Assembly: GCA_028826165.1 (NCBI GenBank)
Contig: JAPDFW010000092.1
Location: 496,001-560,000, forward strand
Length of the DNA stretch: 64,000 nt
Direction of reading: 5' to 3'
Source of the DNA: Anaeramoeba ignava BMAN
Taxonomy: Eukaryota > Protista > Anaeramoebae
Positions 24,916-37,638 of the stretch are shown here, piece by piece; position 1 is the stretch's first letter; each line of letters opens with the position of its first letter. Made by a program: the position numbers and the translations under genes. The notes below the pieces were generated by a model, which searched no databases, was not told where the DNA came from, and saw only the letters and a program-made list of their open reading frames with translations.

Positions 24916-27900
24916 ATGAAAAGATTTTTGCTTTTTTCAATAATTCTTTTATTTTTAATCCAATTTTCATTTTCTGATCTTTCTACTTGTGAAAATGATT
25001 ATAATTTGATTTTGAATATGACTAATCCTCAAAGTTTTGAAATTTTATTTTTTGCAACTGGAAGAAATCTTCCAACAGATCCAGGTGATTATGATATGTG
25101 TAATTCTTTGGATAATACTCATCAATGCATTGTTCATTTTAACTTGAGTGCACTTGGTGAAGTAATTGCACTTGAATGGGGATTTTGCTTTCCTAAATCT
25201 TGTAATAATGAATATGCACCAAATGCAGTTGATTTATATTTAGCAGAATTTTTTCCTTTTGGTCAAAGAATCCCATCAACAACAGTTGTTCATTGTAGTG
25301 ATGAATTAACTAAAAAGATAACTGCTGGAACTGTGATTACTTCAATTATTGCGATTCTTTTTATTTTATTTGTTATAATTTCATCAATAAAAACTTATTT
25401 TGTTGATCAAAAGAAAAATCAAGAAAAATCACAACTTAGTATTCAAAATAATTGGGAACAATCCAAAGAAGAAAAGATAAATGATAATATTGAATATAAA
25501 GATGATATTCAATTTAATGAAATTGAACAAAACAACAAGACAAAAAAAACAAAAATAAGTGAAAGAATTTGGAAATTTTTGGATTGTTATTCATTTCAAA
25601 AAAATTGGGCAAAATTAATTCAAAAATCACCAGTAGAAAACACAAAATTTTTAAATGGAATGAGAGTTTTATCAATGTTTTGGATTATTTTTGGTATTTT
25701 TAAATTATTTTACATCTCTATATTTTAATTACTTAAATTCATCAAATAATTAAATAATCCAAATAATCCAAATAATTAAATAATTAAATAATTAAATAAT
25801 TAAATAATTAAATAATTAAATAATTAAATAATTAAATAATTAAATAATTCAAATAATTAAATAATCAAATAATTCAAATAATTAAATAATTAAATAATTC
25901 AAATAATTCAAATAATTCAAATAATTCAATAATTAAATAATTAAATAATTAAATAATCCAAATAATTAAATAATTAAATAATCAAATAATCCAAATAATT
26001 AAATAATTAAATAATTCAAATAATTTAAATAATTAAATAATCCAAGGCTTCAAATAATCAAAAATAAAAATAATTGCAATAATTAAATTCCAAATAAAAA
26101 AATCAAATAACCAAATAATCCAAATAATCAAATAATCCAAATAATCAAATAATTAGTTTTTAAATAATTGCATTTCTTTAAATTCAAAATAATCCAAAAA
26201 AAGAAATAAAAAATAATTTATTTTCAAATATTTCAATAATTCAAATAATTTAAATAATTAAATAATCCAAATAATCAAATAATTCAAATAATTAAATAAT
26301 CAAATAATTAAATAATCAAATAATCCAAATAATTCAAATAATTAAATAATTAAATAATCAAATAATTAAATAATCCAAATAATTCAAATAATAATTAAAT
26401 AATTAAATAATTAAATAATCAAATAATCCAAATAATTAAATAATTCAATAAGGTCATTCGAGTTATTTTGAAATCGATCCAGGCTTTAATAATGAAATTG
26501 CAACCTTTTCTAAAAACGGAGCAGCAACTAAATGGCCATTTCAAATTATTAATGGAGCAGAATTTGGAGTTGATACTTTCTTTTTTTTAAGTGGATTTTT
26601 AATTGCATTTCTTTCAATTCCAAAAGCAGAAAAAAAGAAATTAAATATTGGTTTATTTTACTTTCATAGGTAATATTCAATAAATATTCAATAAATATTC
26701 AATAAATATTTAATTAATATTCAATTAATATTCAATAAATATTCAATAAATATTCAATTAATATTCAATAAATATTCAATAAATATTCAATAAATATTTA
26801 ATTAATATTCAATTAATATTCAATAAATATTCAATTAATATTCAATAAATATTTAATAAATATTCAATAAATATTCAATTAATATTCAATTATTATTCAA
26901 TTAATATTCAATTAATATTCAATAAATATTCAATTAATATTCAATAAATATTCAATTAATATTCAATAATTATTCAATAAATATTCAATTAATATTCAAT
27001 AAATATTCAATTAATATTCAATTAATATTCAATAAATATTCAATTAATATTCAATAAATATTCAATAAATATTCAATTAATATTCAATTAATATTCAATA
27101 AATATTCAATTAATATTCAATAAATATTCAATAAATATTCAATTAATATTTAATAAATATTTAATTAATATTTAATAAATATTTAATTAATATTCAATAA
27201 ATATTCAATAAATATTCAATAAATATTCAATAAATATTCAATTAATATTCAATAAATATTCAATTAATATTCAATTAATATTCAATAAATATTCAATTAA
27301 TATTTAATTGAAATAATTTAGAATTTGGAGATTAATTCCATCAATGGCATTTGTTATTTTGATTTTTACAAATCTTGGTCGATTTTTTGGAAATGGACCT
27401 TATTTTTTTCAATTTACTGATTTAGTTAAGGAAAGTTGTTCAAAATATTGGTATTCAAGTCTTTTCTTTTTCAATAATTTTTATCCTACAGATCATTTTG
27501 ATAATTGCATTGGTAAGAATTAAATTCAAAAAATTTAATTTTAATTTGAATTTTAATCAACAAAAAAATATTTTCATTTTTTTTTAGCTTGGGTTTGGTA
27601 TTTAGCTAATGATTTCCAATTTTTTGTTATTACTCCAATTTTCATTTTTCTTTTTATTTGGAAAAAAATATTTGGATGGATTTCAATTTTTGTAATGATT
27701 TGTTTGGGTTGTGGGATGAATTTTTGGTTAACTCATAAATATAACATTAATTTTTATGTTTTGGATCCTTCATACAATGATTATATGAATCATATTTATG
27801 TTAAACCTTATACAAGAGTATTACCTTATATTATTGGAATTGGATGTGCAATGATTTTAATTTCATTTTATGAAAAAAGAAAACAAAATCAAATTAATCA

Positions 27901-28579
27901 AAATTTAGATGAAAAAATGAATTTAATTAATACAAAAGTTTATCTTAAAAAATCAAATTTAAAAACAATTTTATTTGGATATTTGATATTTATTATAATT
28001 TTTGTTATGTTGGTTATTGTTATTTTACTTCCATATAATAATTATAAAAATGAAGGAAAAAATTGGAATATTAATGGAAATGCAGCTTATATTGGATTAT
28101 CTAAATTATTTTGGGGAATTGGAATAGGAGGAATTGTTATCATTTTCTATAATTATACAAATATTTTCCCATTAATTAGAAAATTTTTATCATTAGAATT
28201 ATGGACACCATTTGCTAGATTAACTTATAATGCTTATTTAATGCATCCTATTATTATGCATTTAGTGAATTCAAGTACAAGAATTTTATTTAATTACAAT
28301 GCAGTTCCAATATTTTATGCAACAACAACAAATGTTGTTCTTTCATATTCACTTTCTTTGGTTATTTTTATGTTAGTTGAAAGACCATTTATGAATTTTG
28401 AGAGATATATTTGTGGTAAATATAAATACAAATATAAATATAAATATAAATATAAATATAAATATAAATACAAATATAAATATAAATATAAATATAATTA
28501 TAAATATAAATATAATATTTATAATTAATTTTATTTTTCTTTTTATTTTATAAAAGCTAAATTTCATGGTTCAGGATAA
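24916..28579 (+). CDS. NRF-6-like O-acyltransferase (NRF domain + acyltransferase-3), copy A; exons 24916-25693, 26453-26669, 27322-27512, 27588-28415, 28557-28579
   Basis: Signal peptide; Cys-rich NRF domain (GDYDMC...GFCFPKSC); LNGMRVLSMFWIIFGHS, GVDTFFFLSGFL, HRIWRLIP, WYLANDFQF, YVKPYTR, LTYNAYLMHP, VERPF. Confidence 0.92.
25740..27310 (+). repeat. Intronic repeats of copy A: (AAATAATT/AAATAATTC)n in intron 1 and (CAATAAATATT)n in intron 2
   Basis: Direct reading; exon 2 (26453-26669) lies between the two arrays. Confidence 0.9.
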
Positions 28580-29018
28580 AAGAATTAATTCTCAAAAAGT
28601 TCAAAACAAGCAAACAAGAACAATTTTCTTTTTCTTTTTTTCTTTTTCTTTTTTTTTTTCTTTTTCTTTTAAATTTTACATTAAATGACAAGAAGACACA
28701 ATAAAAATCTCTCAAATCAATTTGTTTGTTTGATATTTATTATTTTTGAAATTTTGATGTAAATTTTTTTTTTTATAAAAACTCAATTAAAGATCTAAAA
28801 CAAAAAAAAGCAAAATTTTTTTGTTTTAGATAAATAATAAAAATTGAATAGAATCTTATTTTAAAGAATTTAAATAAAGAATAAAACAATCAATTAATAA
28901 TGGATTCCACGTATTTTATTTATAATCAATTCGTAACTTCAATTTGTGACTTAAAAACAAATTTTGTAAAAAAATTTTTTTCATTTCTTTCTTTATTCTT
29001 TTAAAGAAAAAAATTTAA

Positions 29019-32000
29019 ATGAAAAGATTTTTGCTTTTTTCAATAATTCTTTTATTTTTAATCCAATTTTCATTTTCTGATCTTTCTACTTGTGAAAATG
29101 ATTATAATTTGATTTTGAATATGACTAATCCTCAAAGTTTTGAAATTTTATTTTTTGCAACTGGAAGAAATCTTCCAATAGATCCAGGTGATTATGATAT
29201 GTGTAATTCTTTGGATAATACCCATCAATGCATTATACAATTTGACTTAATGATGATGGGGGAACAATCTACGCTTGAATGGGGATTTTGCTTTCCTAAA
29301 TCTTGTAATAATGAATATGCACCAAATGCAGTTGATTTATATTTAGCAGAATTTTTTCCTTTTGGTCAAAGAATCCCATCAACAACAGTTGTTCATTGTA
29401 GTGATGAATTAACTAAAAAGATAACTGCTGGAACTGTGATTACTTCAATTATTGCGATTCTTTTTATTTTATTTGTTATAATTGCATCAATAAAAACTTA
29501 TTTTGTTGATCAAAAGAAAAATCAAGAAAAATCACAATTTAGTATTCAAAATAATTGGGAACAATCCAAAGAAGAAAAGATAAATGATAATATTGAATAT
29601 AAAGATGATATTCAATTTAATGAAATTGAACAAAACAACAAGACAAAAAAAACAAAAATAAGTGAAAGAATTTGGAAATTTTTGGATTGTTATTCATTTC
29701 AAAAAAATTGGGCAAAATTAATTCAAAAATCACCAGTAGAAAACACAAAATTTTTAAATGGAATGAGAGTTTTATCAATGTTTTGGATTATTTTTGGTAT
29801 TTTTAAATTATTTTACATCTCTATATTTTAATTACTTAAATTCATCAAATAATTAAATAATCCAAATAATCCAAATAATCCAAATAATTAAATAATTAAA
29901 TAATTAAATAATCAAATAATTAAATAATTAAAATAATCAAATAATCAAATAATTCAAATAATCCAAATAATTAAATAATTCAAATAATTAAATAATTAAA
30001 TAATCAAATAATTTAAATAATCCAAATAATTTAAATAATTCAAATAATTCAAATAATTCAAATAATTCAAATAATTCAAATAATTCAAATAATTAAATAA
30101 TTTAAATAATTAAATAATCAAATAATTCAAATAATTCAAATAATTAAATAATTCAAATAATTAAATAATTAAATAATCCAAATAATTCAAATAATTAAAT
30201 AATTAAATAATCAAATAATTCAAATAATTAAATAATTAAATAATTCAAATAATTAAATAATTAAATAATCAAATAATTCAAATAATTCAAATAATTCAAA
30301 TAATTAAATAATTAAATAATTAAATAATCCAAATAATCCAAATAATTAAATAATTAAATAATTAAATAATCCAAATAATTAAATAATTCAAATAATTAAA
30401 TAATTAAATAATCCAAATAATTCAAATAATTAAATAATCCAAATAATCCAAATAATTCAAAATAATTAAATAATTTAAATAATTAAATATAATTAAATAA
30501 TTCAAATAATTAAATAATCAAATTTAATAATTAAATAATCCAAATAATTCAAATAATTAAATAATCAAATAATTCAAATAATTCAAATAATTAAATAATT
30601 AAATAATCCAATAAATAATTCAAATAATTCAAATAATTAAATAATCCAAATAATCAAATAATCAAATAATTAAATAATTCAAATAATCCAAATAATCAAA
30701 TAATTAAATAATTAAATAATTAAATAATTAAATAATTCAAATAATTCAATAATTAAATAATTCAATAATCCAAATAATCCAAATAATTCAAATAATTAAA
30801 TAATTCAAATAATTCAAATAATTAAATAATTAAATAATTAAATAATTAAATAATTCAATAATTAAATAATTCAATAATTAAATAATTAAATAATTAAATA
30901 ATTAAATAATTAAATAATTAAATAATTAAATAATTAAATAATCCAAATAATTAAATAATTAAATAATTAAATAATTCAAATAATTAAATAATTAAATAAT
31001 TAAAATAATTCAAATAATTCAATAATTAAATAATTCAAATAATTCAAATAATTAAATAATTAAATAATTCAATAATTCAATAATCCAATAAGGTCATTCA
31101 ACTGTATTCCAGTTTGAACCAGGCTTTAATAATGAAATTGCAACCTTTTCTAAAAACGGAGCAGCAACTAAATGGCCATTTCAAATTATTAATGGAGCAG
31201 AATTTGGAGTTGATACTTTCTTTTTTTTAAGTGGATTTTTAATTGCATTTCTTTCAATTCCAAAAGCAGAAAAAAAGAAATTAAATATTGGTTTATTTTA
31301 CTTTCATAGGTAATATTCAATAAATATTCAATAAATATTCAATTAATATTCAATAAATATTCAATAAATATTCAATAAATATTCAATAAATATTCAATTA
31401 ATATTAAATAATTCAATAAATATTCAATAAAAAAATTTCACAAATATTCAATAAAATATTCAAATATTCACAAATATTCCAAAATATTCATCAAATAAAT
31501 CCAAATAATATTCAATAAATATATTCAATAAAATTAAAAATAATTAAATATTCAATAAATATTCAATATTCATAAATAATAATAAATATTCAAAATATTT
31601 AAAAATATTAATATTCCAAATAATTAATATTTTAAATATTCAAATAATTTAAATATTCAAATTATTAAAATATTCAAATAATTCAAATAATCAAATAATT
31701 CAAATAATTCAAATATTAATATTCAAAATAAATAAATATTTCAAATATTCAAAAATTAATCCAAATAATTAAATAATAATTCAAATAAATATTTAATTAA
31801 ATAATTCAAATAATCAAAATAATTAAATTAAAATAATTCAAATAATTAAAAATTCAATATTTAAAATAATTTAAAAATAATTCAAAAAATTAAATATTCA
31901 ATTTAAATAATCAAAATAATTAAATAATTAAATAATTCAAATATTCAAATATTTAAAAAATTAAATAATTCAAATAATCCAAATAATTAAATAATCAAAT

Positions 32001-33650
32001 AATTAAATAAGGTCATTCAACTGTATTCCAGTTTGAACCAGGCTTTAATATTAATGAAATTTGCAACCTTTTCAAAAACGGAGCAGCAACTAAATGGTCA
32101 TTTCAAATTGTTAATGGAAATATTCAGTTGATATTTTTTTTTATTTACCAAATATTTTTTAATTGCATTTCTTTCAATTCCAAAAAGCAGAAAAAAAGAA
32201 ATTAAATATTGGTTTATTTTACTTTCATAGGTAATATTCAATAAATATTCAATAAATATTCAATTAATATTTAATAAATATTCAATTAATATTCAATAAA
32301 TATTCAATAAATATTCAATAAATATTCAATTAATATTCAATAAATATTTAATAAATATTCAATAAATATTCAATTAATATTTAATTGAAATAATTTAGAA
32401 TTTGGAGATTAATTCCATCATTGGCATTTGTTATTTTGATTTTTACAAATATTTCTCGATTTTTTGGAAATGGACCTTATTTCTTCAAATACACTGATAT
32501 AGTTAAGGAAACTTGTTCAAAATATTGGTATTCAAGTCTTTTCTTTTTCAATAATTTTTATCCTACAAACTATAATGATGAATGTCTTTGTAAGAATTAA
32601 ATCCAAAAATTTTAATTTTAATTTGAATTTTAATCAACAAAAAAATATTTTCATTTTTTTTTAGCTTGGGTTTGGTATTTAGCTAATGATTTCCAATTTC
32701 ATATTATTACTCCAATTTTCATTTTTCTTTTTATTTGGAAAAAAATATTTGGATGGATTTCAATTTTTATAATGATTTGTTTGGGTTGTGGAATGAATTT
32801 TTGGTTAACTCATAAATATAACATTAATTTTTTCATTGGAGATCCAACAACAAACGATTATATGAATCATATTTATGTTAAACCTTATACAAGAGTATTA
32901 CCTTATATTATTGGAGTTGGATGTGCAATGATTTTAATTTCATTTTATGAAAAAAGAAAACAAAATCAAATTAATCAAAATTTAGATGAAAAAGATCGTT
33001 TAATTAATACAAAAGTTTATCTTAAGAAATCAAATTTAAAAACAATTTTATTTGGATATTTGATATTTATTATACTTTTTGTTATGTTGGTTATTGTTAT
33101 TTTACTTCCATATAATAATTATAAAAATGAAGGAAAAAATTGGAATATTAATGGAAATGCAGCTTATATTGGATTATCTAAATTATTTTGGGGAATTGGA
33201 ATAGGAGGAATTGTTATTATTTTCTATAATTATACAAATATTTTCCCATTAATTAGAAAATTTTTATCATTAGAATTATGGACACCACTTGGCAGATTAA
33301 CTTATAATGCTTATTTAATGCATCCTGTTATTATGTATTTGGCAAATTTGAGTTCAAGAATTTTATTTAATTACAATGCAGTTCCAATATTTTATGCAAC
33401 AACAACAAATGTTGTTCTTTCATATTCACTTTCTTTGGTTATTTTTATGTTAGTTGAAAGACCATTTATGAATTTTGAGAGATATATTTGTGGTAAATAT
33501 AAATATAAATATAAATATAAATACAAATATAAATATAAATATAAATATAAATATAAATATAAAATTAAATATAAATACAAATATAATATTTATAATTAAT
33601 TTTATTTTTCTTTTTATTTTATAAAAGCTAAATTTCATGGTTCAGGATAA
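29019..33650 (+). CDS. NRF-6-like O-acyltransferase, copy B (same 5-exon structure)
   Basis: Near-identical tandem paralogue of 24916-28579; exons approx. 29019-29796, 31093-31309, 32399-32589, 32665-33492, 33627-33650. Confidence 0.92.
29845..32390 (+). repeat. Intronic repeats of copy B (same units as copy A, longer arrays), with a damaged extra copy of exon 2 at ~32012-32231
   Basis: Direct reading. Confidence 0.88.
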
Positions 33651-33770
33651 AAGAATTAATTCTCAAAAAGTTCAAAACAAGCAAACAAGAACAATTTTCT
33701 TTTTCTTTTTCTTTTTTAATTCCAAAATCATTTCTAAACAAAAATTAAAATTCCTTTTTTCTTAAAGTAA

Positions 33771-34706
33771 TTATTTTTTGATATTTCCTTTTGTCTTAAC
33801 TTTTTGAATTTTCTTTTGGGGTTTTTTTTGGATATTTTTCTTTCTTCTTTTAGAAGATTGATTTTTTTGGATTTCTCTTTTTTGAACAATTAAATTTTGA
33901 AACTTAAAGTGTTGAATTTGAATTTGATTTTGATTTTGATTATTTTCATTTTCATTTTCATTTTGATTTTCATTTTCAATTTGATTTTGATTTTGATTTT
34001 GATTTTGATTTTGATTTTGAATTTGAATTTGAATTTGATTTTGATTATTTTCATTTTCATTTTCATTTTGTTTTTGATTTTCAATTTGATTTTGATTATT
34101 TTGATTTTTATTTTGATTTTGATTTTTATTTTGATTTTGATTTTTATTTTGATTTTGATTTTGATTTTGATTTTGATTTTTATTTTGATTTTGATTTTGA
34201 TTTTGATTTTGTTTTTGTTGAGAAATTTTAAGAGAAGAAAGCCAAGGAATTTTAACAATTTTAACATTTTGTTTAACAAAACGAACCAAATTAACAACTT
34301 TTTCATCAATAGAATTTTCCAAAAAAGCAACACAAGAAATTTTTCCATTAAATGAAACAAGTTTTGACATATTTTGACTTGAAATATTTAAAAAACAAAG
34401 TGGAATATCATTTAAAAATGCCAAAGTTGGAAAATGAGAAATGATAATTTTTGGCATAGAAAGCTTAGAAACAAGTATAACAGAGAGTTTTGGTGTATGT
34501 TTTTCTAGCGCTCTTGTGACTTCATTAACTCCAATTATACATGATTTTTTAGATATTTGAATTTGTGAAAAAAAATTTAATAAAGATTTTTCAATTTCTG
34601 GTTTTAGAATTGGAAAATCAATCCGAAAAGGTGAATCTAAAGAAATTTTAAAGACTGGTTTTTTGGTTCTTCTTTTTTGAATTTGTTTTTGGGATTGATT
34701 TTGCAT
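33771..34706 (-). CDS. L7Ae-family RNase P/MRP subunit (Rpp38/Pop3-like) with QN-rich tail
   Basis: IIGVNEVTRALEK...VILVSK...IISHFPTLA...IPLCFL L7Ae signature; basic C-terminus. Confidence 0.8.
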   Translation of the reverse strand: MQNQSQKQIQKRRTKKPVFKISLDSPFRIDFPILKPEIEKSLLNFFSQIQISKKSCIIGVNEVTRALEKHTPKLSVILVSKLSMPKIIISHFPTLAFLNDIPLCFLNISSQNMSKLVSFNGKISCVAFLENSIDEKVVNLVRFVKQNVKIVKIPWLSSLKISQQKQNQNQNQNQNKNQNQNQNQNQNKNQNQNKNQNQNKNQNNQNQIENQKQNENENENNQNQIQIQIQNQNQNQNQNQNQIENENQNENENENNQNQNQIQIQHFKFQNLIVQKREIQKNQSSKRRKKNIQKKPQKKIQKVKTKGNIKK

Positions 34707-34889
34707 TATTAAAATTTTTTTATTATTTAAAAAAAAATGAAAAAAGAAAAAAATGAAAATAATATTTTTTTTCTTTTTCTTTTATTTTTTCCTTTTCATT
34801 TTCTTCTTAATTTTTCCTTTTTGTTTTTTTTTGCTATTTTTTCTTTTATTTTTAATTTTGTTTTTACTTTTGCTATTTTTTTTCTTTTA

Positions 34890-37509
34890 ATGCAAAAAAA
34901 TTTACAAAAAAGAGAACAAGCAGTTTTAGAATTAATTGATACTGAATTTGCTTATGTTAAAAATTTGGAGATAATTATCAATATTTTTTTGAAACCAATT
35001 CGACAAAAAGGATTATTAACAAAACCAGAAATAACAATGATATTCTCAAATATTGAAACGATTCATTCAATAAATCAATCATTTTGCAATGAATTTGATC
35101 AAGAAATTAAAACCAATCAAAATTACAATACAAATTCTTATTTAGTTGGCAAAATTTTTAAATCATATGCAAGTCAATTTAGAATGTATCTTTTTTATTG
35201 TAGATATCATAATGAGGCAAATCAAACTTTTAAATCTGCTCTTGAAAAAAAAGAATTTGCAGAATTTCATGATTTAGCAACAAAAAAAAAGGAATGTCAA
35301 AAAAAAACTTTACAGGATTTTTTGATTGAACCTATTCAACGTTTGATGAAATATCCTTTATTATTTCAAGTATTTTTAAAATATAAATATTTAAAATATA
35401 AATATAAATATAAATATAAATATTTAAAATATATAAATATAAATATAAATATTTAAAATATATAAATATAAATATAAATATTTAAAATATATTTAAAATA
35501 TAAATATAAATATAAATATAAATATAAATAAAGGAAATTATAAAATATACTCCTCAAGATCATCCAGATTACCAAGATTTAATTGATGCAAACAAATCAA
35601 TCCTTTCAATAATTGATTTTATTAATGATGAAAAAAGACTTTTAGAAAATGATGAAAAAATTATTTCAATAAAAAATTCAATTGATGGACTTCCAAATAA
35701 TTTCCAATTATTAAACAAAAAAAGAACATTTCTTATGGAAGGTTTAATTTCCAAAATATCTCATGGAAGATCACAAGAAAGATATTTTTTTCTTTTTAGT
35801 GATTTATTGATTTATACAAAAAGAAGTCTTTACAAGAAAAACAAATATCAATTTAAAGATAAAGTTCCACTTTCTGTGATTTTACCAAAAGCTATTATTG
35901 ATCCAATTCAAGGTTTTTTTCTTTTCTTTAAAAAAAAAATATTTGCTTTTCCTTAATTATATTGTTTTCAAAATGAAAAATTTAAGGTGAAACTTCTTTT
36001 GAATTAATTAGAAGTGATAAAAAGAGTAAATATACTCTTTGTTTTAAAACAAAAGAAATGAAAGATAAATGGTTTGAAGCAATCCAAAAAAATTCATTAG
36101 AACAAATTGAAAAAAAAGCAGAACAAACAGAATTCAACAAAATTACTCCAAAAAGTATTTGATTATTTTATTATTTATTTAAATTGGTTTTAATTTTAAT
36201 AATTATTTTAGAACGACTTGCAAAAGGAAAAAGTGCTCGTGATTTTCGTGTTGTTTCAATGCATCAACTTGATAGATCATTTTCTGAATCAAATTATGAA
36301 GAAAATCCATTCAAAAATCTTACTAAAGAAAATAATTCAGAAAATCAAATTAAATCAAAATTACAAACATCTTTATTTGATTCAAAAAATAATGAACAAA
36401 AAAATCCTTCAAAAGTGCAAAATCCAAATACTATAGATTTAATCCAAAAACAAGACACTTTTAAAACAAGCGCTCATTTCATTTCTTTGATTTCTATTCA
36501 AAGAAAAATTGCTTCTAAAAAAATTGGAGTATTTTTGGATTTCTTTTTTTCTTTCTCTAAAAACAAAAAAAAAAGATATAAACAAATCTAATCAAAAATT
36601 CAATATTATTTTAATTTAAGGATTTTACAATTGTTCATCCTGATCGTCAATTAATATTCGAAGGTGATTTAAAAAAGCTTGATAAAAATAAAAGAAAATG
36701 TCTTCGTCATTTTTGGCTTTTTAATGATGGAATTTTATATGCACAAAAAATCAAATTCAAATCCAATTTTGAATTTAAAGGGTTTATCCCAATTAGTTTA
36801 ATTCAAGTGAGATTAGTTCCTGATACAAATTGTATTGATTATTTTTTATCCGAATTTTTTTTTAATCAAATTTATCAATTTAACTTTTTTTGTTTCTTGT
36901 TTTTTTTTTTAGCTTATAAAAATGCTTTTTCTATTTATAGAGGAGATAAACAAAAAAGGATGATTTTATGTACTTCTTCACCAAAAGAACAAGAATCATG
37001 GATTAGTTTAATTAAATCACAAATGCAAGAAAAAGTTGGAAATCAAATTTTTTCAACAGAATCAATTTCTTCAAATCAAGAAATTAAAAATCAAGAAAAT
37101 CAAAATCAAAATCAAAATCAAGAAAATTATTATGATGAAAATTATTATGATGAAAATCAAAATCAAACTTATTATGATGAAAATTTTGATTATGATTATC
37201 AAAATCAAAAATCAAATAAAAAATCAAATAAAAAATCAAAATCAAAATGAAGAAAAACCAATATTACCTCCAAAACCTCCTCCAAAACCAATTCCTAAAG
37301 AAAATAAAATTATTGAAAATTTGGATCAACTTCAAAAAATTCAATCAGAAAAATTAATTGAAATGATTCTTAATTTACAATTAAAAAATAAGAAAACAAA
37401 AGAAAAAAATTCCGAATTAAAAAAATCATTTGAAATGATAAACAATCGTTTTCAATCTCTTCGAAATAAATTGTATTCATATGTTGAAGAAATTGATAAT
37501 TTGAATTGA
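34890..37509 (+). CDS. Dbl-family RhoGEF (DH-PH-PH, proline-rich motif, C-terminal coiled coil)
   Basis: REQAVLELIDTEFAYVKNL, IFSNIETI, FLIEPIQRLMKYPLL, KYTPQDHPDY; two PH domains (ERYFFLFSDLLIY; RHFWLFNDGILY); PPKPPPKP. Frame slip in a repeat near 37200-37250. Confidence 0.92.
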
Positions 37510-37638
37510 AAAAAAAAAGAAGAAGAAGAAGAAGAAAAATTTTTTGTTTTTGGTTTTCTTTTTTAATCAATAAAAAAATTTTTTCGAAATTATTTTTTTT
37601 CATTTTTTTTTTTTCTTCTTTTTTTTTTCAATTAAAAA

